Of a DNA stretch of 64,000 bases, positions 56,601 to 64,000 are shown in pieces. This DNA is from Oopsacas minuta (Eukaryota > Animalia > Porifera). The DNA is taken from the NCBI GenBank assembly GCA_024704765.1, contig JAKMXF010000255.1:124001-188000 (forward strand). The letters run 5' to 3'. Below the pieces are notes generated by a model. The model was not told the DNA's origin. It worked only from the letters and a program-made list of their open reading frames with translations, and did not search any database. The position numbers and the translations under genes are program-made. Numbering within the stretch: the stretch's first letter is position 1; each line of letters begins with the position of its first letter.

Positions 56601-59527
56601 AGAAGAAATGGGCGTGATATATAAGAGATGGAGAATCGTAATAGAGTATTAACTAACTAGAATTCTTTCTAGAGAATTCTGAATCTGTGTTGCATATCTG
56701 TTGAATCCCATTTTCAATCCTTTCCATGGTTCAGTCTGACTAATCTTATCCGGAAAATATGTAGGCTTACAGTCTAGTTTCATTGCGAATAAATCAAGGA
56801 TAAAGTGGATAACACCTGTATACGTCAGCTGTTTGCTTCTTATAGATTGGTTGATCACATACTGTCTGAAAATCTTTTGTAGACAAATTAAGATTGAATC
56901 AAATACCTTCGTAGAATCCTCGTATTTCGTACTAGATTACAAATGGATAGATGAAATGTACGTATAACTTAGTAAAAGTTCTCATAAATTGACTAGTGAA
57001 TATTACCTGACTGTGAAAGCCATATTGAATATTTGTACCCAAATATTAGATCGCAGAGAAACGTCTTTCCTCTGAGTATAATATCCCAAGTAACTCATCA
57101 TGAACTATACAAATCAAAGGATAAATGCTGTGTAGAAGATTAATATTAATATAATAACACTAACATCTTTAGTCAGGAAAGTGAATTTAGTGATGATTGA
57201 GTAGAAAACTTCAGGTGAGTACTGTTTGGTACGATTGATAATATTTGCCAACTAAATTAGGAGAGAATATGTAAACAAAAAGCTGATAAGATAGTAATTT
57301 CTTACGGTAGGATTGATATAAGAATATGTCCATTTTCTTAACAGTCCAGATGCAGGAGGAATCTTCAATCCTATTTTAAACTGCAGTAAGTCATCTGGGT
57401 AACTGGTAGGTATATTCATATTTGTGGTATAGAATGGGAATGCCCACATTACGACAATATCCTTGTATATGTCAGACCACATTGCTTCTAATTGATCTAC
57501 CCTCTTGTTCTCTTCAGGAGTAGCTAATTCCTTAGACTTGTATACAACATCAGCTAGAAAACTCATAAGTCGACAAGCCTAGAGATGTATTAAGAATAAA
57601 CAAATGGAAAACTCCCAGAATTAGTTAAGATATGTGTACTAACATTATTTGTGTATTCAGGATCTTTGATGAATAAATCTGATCTAGAATCATCCAATGA
57701 AGTGAAAAACTCCTTGAATTTAATCATGAAAGAATGTCCTTCATTGTAACAGGAGATCGTGAAGAGCTTCTCCAAGGCAAGACTATAAAGCAAAACATTA
57801 AATATATCATTAAAATAAATATTTATATATGCAATATTTACCAAATAATCTTCAGATTTTTTTCCTTCTTAATTAGTAAAATATAGTGGGATGGCTGTAT
57901 ACAGCGCTCAGGACGTATACCCATCTCTTTACCCATAATAATCCCCTCAGATAGGACATAGAAGGTAGGCCCTGAATCTTCATTAATTGGAACTTTACAT
58001 TTCTAAGAGAAAGCAAATAATATTACAAATAAATTATACAGAATGTGAATAGCATACCTGCGTGAAGAAATTGCTCCAATAACAATTAGAAAAGTGCCCT
58101 GTAGCATATGCAGATTCAAATTCCTCCTCCATAAGCATGTATAGATTAGCTGAAGGAATATATAACATTAGCACTGGAATCCACCAGCAAATCCTGATAT
58201 AAACTACTTACACCAAAATAGCTTGTCAGCTAAGTCCTTTGCTTCCTTCACCTGTTTGAATGATGATAGCTTATCAGCCCTCAGGAAGTCTAACATCTTT
58301 TTAGGGAGTGAATCACAGCCATAAATCGCTGTTGGACTATTACTAATAAGATAGTACAATCTGAGTTAGACTACGAATGCAATGTTATATAAATACTATA
58401 ACATACCAAGTAGTGAAGAAAGAATTGAATATTCCCTTCAGCTCTTTTGGCTGTACTTGCTGAGCTGAAACAGCTAGTAAAAGCGGAGTGACAGCCTCGC
58501 TTACTTTAGCTGATTCCGTTGAAAAGCTGAAGAAATACAACTAAATACGTAAAAATAGAGTCGAAGACAACTTACATTTCTCTGATAAACACAATATAAT
58601 ATAAGAAATCAGTCTTAGCTTCTGAATATTTCAAGTAATGAGAGAATCCGTCATCATAAATTCTTCGAACTCTCTAATACAATTATATAACATTATTAAA
58701 TATACAAATACGTAGCCTAGATTATACAAACATACTTTTTGTTTTTTCAACCCCTGGTTATCATCCTCTTTAGCGTTTCGTATGATCTTAAGAATATCTA
58801 TGAAGAGATTAGGATTCTCTAGCATAGAACGGGGCTTCATAGATTCTGTATGGAGTCGTTCTGAAACTAATTGGAATGGTTCTAGACGGAAATAACAATT
58901 AAATCTCATTTATTGTGTATGTAAATACCATTAATTACCTCTTGAATCATCTTCGATAGGTTGACGTCTCACTTGGTATATTGTCTTGGAAAAAACTTCC
59001 TTATAATCCTTAATACTAACTTCAGCTTTTAGTTCAGGAAACCTATTAAACAGCTCTATAATTTTATCACATTTCTCCTCCACAAATAGAAGAGGGAAGT
59101 TGAATCTGTCTATATATCCTCTAGCTGTAGCGACATGTTCCTCAGTTGCGTATAATATGACAATTGTCTTTATGGTACTTTTGTGTGTAGCTTGTTCTAA
59201 CTGTTGAGCTAGTTTATCAGATTTACAGTTTATGAGAAGTATTCTCAACTGAGTGACGTCAGCATCATAATCATCAGCCAGGATCAGCTGTTGCTCAAGT
59301 ATTCCATGTGATAGCTTAGAAAAACAGTTGACTGAGAAAACAAATGTTTCTGATACATTGAACATGCCTGTGATGTGCAGAGCTAGAGAATAATAATAAA
59401 CAAATCAAAGCATAGTCAACAAAGAAATGTATTCAAATAGCAAGAATTTACCATTCTTCATTTCGTATGGAGCAGAGCCTTCTGCTGTCATTCCAGGATT
59501 TTCAAACATTTCAACATTTTCTGCCAT
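41601..59527 (-). CDS. RNF213: RNF213/mysterin-like giant AAA+ ATPase, about 28-30 exons, roughly 5,200 aa, apparently intact
   Basis: Walker motifs GLEGVGKT, IIEGETGVGKT...FIDEINT and IVGPPGTSKT...FLDEAGLPE; FFGMRDF, ALERNFSG, FYDVFNQNY, PCRIHPDFQCIV and PAPFLNRFEK are RNF213-type segments. Exons can be joined in frame from ATG 59527 (59527-59452, 59382-58939, 58881-58736, 58673-58576, 58526-58407, several small exons, 56447-50370, about 50234-50109, 50042-49857, 49796-49185, 49029-43822, small 3' exons, last 41892-41601). Small-exon boundaries are approximate. Confidence 0.85.
41927..42112. mobile_element. 186-bp Tigger/pogo-like MITE with perfect 24-bp TIRs and subterminal repeats
   Basis: TA|CAGTAGAACTCGGATAAGACGTAC...GTACGTCTTATCCGAGTTCTACTG|TA; internal direct repeats of CTCGG(T/A/C)TAAGACGTAC; lies in the last RNF213-like intron. 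Confidence 0.95.
43822..49029 (-). CDS. RNF213: RNF213-like 5.2-kb exon (last AAA unit plus E3-module scaffold)
   Basis: Open frame from acceptor TTTGTAG (about 49030) to donor GTAAGT (43821); includes VLIVNVQ, INFVRHMIEQ, FFVLVLHY and GWDHYYIESI. Confidence 0.8.
50276..50354. mobile_element. MITE, family B, degenerate
   Basis: TA|CAGTGAATGCCGGTTACAAGAACATG...TGTATTGCTACTCCCA...GTTCTTATAAC; shares the ACATGTATTGCT.CTCCCA core with the 20030 copy. Confidence 0.7.
50370..56447 (-). CDS. RNF213: RNF213-like 6.1-kb exon (stalk plus the AAA units carrying the Walker motifs)
   Basis: Acceptor CTCCTCCAG at 56448, donor GTAAGT at 50369; contains all three P-loops. Confidence 0.9.
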
Positions 59528-59733
59528 TTTCAAAATCACATCACAAAATCTAACAATGAATATTATACCAGATAACTAGTAGAGAAGGTATACATACAAA
59601 TAGAATAAAGTATTAAATTTCAGAGATTTGAAAGATAAGTAAATATTAGTTACTGCAATAAATCAAATAATAAATAAGTGATAGATGTGTGGAAAAGTTT
59701 AGGGGGTAATTGAAACAAGATTAAGCAATAAAG

Positions 59734-62700
59734 TCAGTCATCTAATTGGCATAGCATTGCTACTCCTCTATTTATCCAATGCTTCTCATGTTTATCAGAT
59801 AGCAATTCAATAGAGAGTACGTAGTTAGTAGAATGTCCCGTGGTGGACAGAGTGCCTCTTCTAGCACTGGTTTTATACACAGGACATTCATAAACTTGTC
59901 TGACTTCAAATTCAGATTTTTTGCCTGGCTTGAGCCATAAGATCGGGAGTGGGTCGTATAGGATCTTTGGACTTGATTCTGAAATAGCGTTCTTCTTTGG
60001 GTCCCAACGAGCTCCTTCTAAGAAGAGTCCGTACACGTAAGCGCCATTAGTTGGTCGTTTAGGCATAGTGTGCTTTGAGGGCATTACCTCAAACTCGAAA
60101 CCAAGGTGGTCAATTGGAATTTTACATTTTCTAGCATAATTCTGTGATACACCAGTCAAAAAGGATTGAGTAAAGTAGAATCCAGAAATCCAGAATACGA
60201 TAGGACTTCCCATATCAATCCAATCTTGCAAGAATTTGAGTCTAGCTAACAAATCATTAACATATGATCCTAATGGTTTGAGAGATGGATACGATTTAGC
60301 TGCCCAAACACTTGGTACCTTACCTATCATTACAGAGTCAAATACGTTCTCTAAGTCAGATGACATCACGACCATACCCTTCAGAGCTTTCTGGAGATTC
60401 TGTAGTGTGGATCTTACAACTGAAGTGAGTTTATTGAACCTAATAAGCTCTTGTCTGAGTACAGTGTTCATAGACTCCTCGTATATCACTGGATATTTCT
60501 CCATTACGTACTCAAGGTCAAAGTTAGGAGGTAATTTCGAGAGGATATCAGCTGCTAATTCGTCAATAACTTCCTGTGGTGATTTACCAGTTCCTCCAGT
60601 TTGACGGGGTAGAGTTAAGAGAATACTGTCAAACAGCTGTAGAGTTTCTTTCTGGTCCTTAGTGATATCAGCGTTCTCATGGAATCCATATACTTCAGGA
60701 TGTGGAATGAGAGGCAAGCTCCTGATGTATTCCACATAATCTTGATACTCTCCAAAAGGTGGTGTATGGTATACCCCACTGGGGGAGAAATTATGCTTGT
60801 CATTATCTCTCATCTCTTTACAATAAACGATACTTAACAGACTGAGGATTAGTCTACGATCTCTGTCATCTGTGACTCTCCCTCCATGGTTACACTGACC
60901 AGTGAGGTATGTAAGTGCATCTAGTGGAGTCTCTTCATATTCATTCAGGAACATTTGTAACTGCTGGATACTTATCCTCAGATCACTCTCATTGAATTCA
61001 TAAGGGATATTCCAGCCTAAGGCCCCGAACTTTCTCCTCTCTTGTACGAGAGCGTGGAAAAAGCAAAGACCAAAAAGAAGTTTCTGGAACATTTCTGGCT
61101 TATTGCAGTTAGTAAAGAACTTCTGATCAGATATAGGATCGTTAAGATAAGAACGCAGTAGGTTGGCACGGAGACCCTTGGGAGGTTCATTGGTCATTTT
61201 AACACCATTTTGTAGTATAGAAACAGGGAATTTATCAGAAGGATAGCTAGTTAACCAGACACGGAACTCTTTGTGGGTTGTATCAGGAGTAATCTCTTCT
61301 TCACAGATCTTCTCTAGTCTAGGCATCCAGCTGGTAGCCAGATGACAATTCTGTAGTACAACCCATGTGCCCTCCTTCTTAGCTCTCTCTATCATTTTAG
61401 TAGCAATAGGACCTTGTCCCTGTCCGAGAGAAATACTCTGACATCTTCCTCCACCCATGCCTTTATCTTGTGCGAATTTTAACAGACCAGCCATTGGATC
61501 TGCTCCAGGTGACAGTACGAATATGAGAGGAGCACAACAATAGGAATCACGGTAGCTAGCACCTAAGTCAAAAGTAGGTGGTTCTATGAAAGTCCTACCC
61601 ATATTGGATACGATGTAATCTTGTATAGCAGGGATAATCTTATCAGGACGTAGACAGCGTAGAACTACCAGTTTATATAATTCTGATAGTTTGACGTCAT
61701 AATTAAGTGGGAGCCTTTCAGAATGAGGCTTAGAAGCATCGTATATCTTCTTCCACAATTTTTCATTCTTGCCTATAGTCTGAAACCAACCAGATAACTC
61801 AGGGAGACTAGAAGCTCTAACTATTTCTGCCCAGGACTTATCTCCAAGCCATTTTGGACAAGGATTAGGATGTGGGTTGTCAAGTGCTACTCCACCTGTC
61901 AAAAGGAAACGCCAAACACTGTCATCAATCAAACCTTTATTCTTCTGCATGTTTACACAGAGTACAAATGAGAAGAGCAATTTATCTTTCTCAAATAAAG
62001 ATCTGCAAACGTTCTTGTATATATTATCTGTGAAATAATCGTTCAGGTTTTTAATACGCTCAGCAAGAACAGAAGATTTATCACTGTTATTGATCGCATT
62101 TAGGAATAAGTTGATAAACCAACCGAGAGAATATTGGTACATAGGATCAATGTTAGCGAAATCTGAAATACAGAAGAATAGAATAGCTGAGTGTACAGAT
62201 ACGGGGGTGTAGCCATTCCTTGTATCATCTATCTCTTTCTCTGTGAGGTTAGCTATCTCTTGTTTAGCTGATATTTCTTCAGCAAGAACTTTTGAAGATG
62301 ATAACACTTGTATAGCGGATTCATCTTCTAAGATATTTCCTTGAGAACTAGATAATACTTCTAATATTTTGTCTTCAATCTCTTTCAATTGTTTCTTATT
62401 AGCAGCACCTTCTAGAATAAGTTCATTCTTCTTCTCTTCTAACTCGGGTTTTTCTTCTGCAGCTACAATACCCAGTAGCTGATCCTGTAGTCCAAGTGGA
62501 GTAATCATAAAGTTAAGAAGAGCTACTTTAACAGCAACCTCTGGCAGGTAATGAGGATTCCTAAGCCTTGTCGTCATATATAATCTGAAATCGGCACTGT
62601 ACTCAATCACACTGTCTCCAAACTTTATGTAATCAACTCCTCCCTGTTTGAATGTTTGTTTCTGTAAAACAGGCTCGAGGAGAGGGTCCAATTCCTCTCC

Positions 62701-64000
62701 AATATTCTCAATCAGAACCGGAGTTCCGAACTGAATACTGTTCTCAAGTGTACGCGCATAATTAGGATCAGTTAACTTCACCACAGCTAACCGGTTCTCC
62801 CTCTCCATATTCTTAATCCATTTATTAGCCTGACCTTGTGGATCAATGATTAGAGGCCATCTTCTAGAATTTTCTATAACAATAGCACTGTCAATTGAAA
62901 ATGAGTCAGCAGGTAACCCAGCAATCTTCCAAGCTCTAATCTTAACCTGATTACCGAGAGTATTTGTAAGAGAAAAGTTGTCACTAGTCGGTATGTTTTT
63001 ACTCTTACAAGCTATGCTGCAGTCCTTAATGCATTCAGAACGGAAATCAACTGTGAAGGCTCCGAGATACGCAACCACCCCAGAAGCAAGTAACACATCT
63101 CCTGTACAGTTCACATACCTCTCACCAAGGATACGTGCTGCCTCACTCCAGCGAGTTTTCTCACCACCAAGACCTAAGAATATTAATTTGATAAATAAGC
63201 AACAGTAAAGTACAGTCAATTCCCCTTACATCGAAGCCCAAGGGACTGCGATAATTACTTCGATATGAGCGGAATTCAATATAACAGATTTAATGTATTA
63301 TACTTGTGACGGTTTGAGACCGTATTAGTAAAATTCCAGGTTTTTCTATATATCCGTGTTCGATATAACGGTATATAACTAATCTCACCAGCAATTAGTT
63401 TCTCAGCTCTCATAAGTTTTTCGGAACATATTTCAATATTATCTTCAAGTTCTCCTTTCTTCTTCTTAGAAGCATCAAACTCAGAATTAAGAGCAGCTAA
63501 CTTATCAAGAATCTCTTTCAGCTCTGCTCTCTTCTCGTTAAGCTTAACCATCTGAACAGATAGCTTAGCTTCTGCTATCTTCAAACTCGCTTTCTTTGGA
63601 GCTACAATCTTAGCTACCCTGTCATACGTTTCCATTGCTCGAACCCATTTACACAAACCTAGAAATACAAAACATATAAAAGCAAGGAATTTCGAGTAAA
63701 TACTCACAATACAAACCTTCAGCAGCTGTAGAAGCATTCTTAATAAGCTCTGGCACAAATTCAGGATTAGAAGTATACTTCTCACGAATCTTTTTGATAA
63801 GGGGAGGAGCAATGCTATCCTTATCATAAGTTTTGAGTGAATCTAGAAAATGGAAGTCTCCCAGAAGTTTTAGAGAAGGACCCCAGTAGTTCTCTATCAT
63901 CTTGCCTGTACCATCAGGCTTTCTTTCAGGTTTTATATTTTTTAGCACACAAACAGCCTCCATAGCTAGCTTTACTCCTATAGGAGGATTCTTCATTGAT
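59734..64000 (-). CDS. DNAH3: Axonemal inner-arm dynein heavy chain, 3' part (stalk, AAA5, AAA6, C-terminal domain); gene continues beyond the window
   Basis: Exons >64000-63717, 63658-63389, 63173-59734. [80 protein letters not shown] and [15 protein letters not shown] best recall DNAH3 (DNAH7/12 are close relatives). Confidence 0.9.
63213..63372. mobile_element. MITE related to family A (longer copy), in a dynein intron
   Basis: TA|CAGTCAATTCCCCTTACATCGAAG...TAATTACTTCGATAT...TATCCGTGTTCGATATAACGG; right end degenerate and approximate. Confidence 0.6.

Noticed and set aside
41601-59527. RNF213-like fragments as a pseudogene
   Set aside because: The fragments can be joined in frame through GT-AG introns, and no forced stops or frameshifts were found.
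1361-62978. Numerous short plus-strand ORFs in the track (e.g. 5719-5907 poly-V, 27170-27355, 32304-32666, 60236-60604)
   Set aside because: Antisense shadows of real minus-strand exons; no motifs of their own. The poly-V is the reverse complement of the polyQ.

Overview
AT-rich animal genomic DNA with GT-AG introns, not prokaryotic. I find no CRISPR array, rRNA or tRNA. Ten genes are supportable: a divergent thioredoxin pair, an intronless Q/P-rich RING-H2 E3 (RNF38/44-like), a complete 18-exon BIRC6 (about 4,790 aa by my hand-built model), ARPC5, TRAPPC6, an intronless myosin IX, a 3-exon sesquipedalian/PHETA PH protein, a giant RNF213-like AAA+ gene (about 28-30 exons) and the 3' end of an axonemal dynein heavy chain (DNAH3-like). 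Nine of the ten genes lie on the minus strand, with spacers as short as 176 and 206 bp. In most genes a splice-acceptor-like AG sits within a few nt of the ATG. Together these suggest spliced-leader trans-splicing and possibly operons, which is inference (a compact non-bilaterian such as a glass sponge would fit, but the taxon is not established). The RNF213-like protein keeps its ATPase motifs but appears to lack both the RING and the RZ finger. Introns and spacers carry several very small TA-flanked and hAT-type MITE families and one 59-nt near-perfect hairpin. All exon boundaries and homology calls were read by eye or from memory, without tools.
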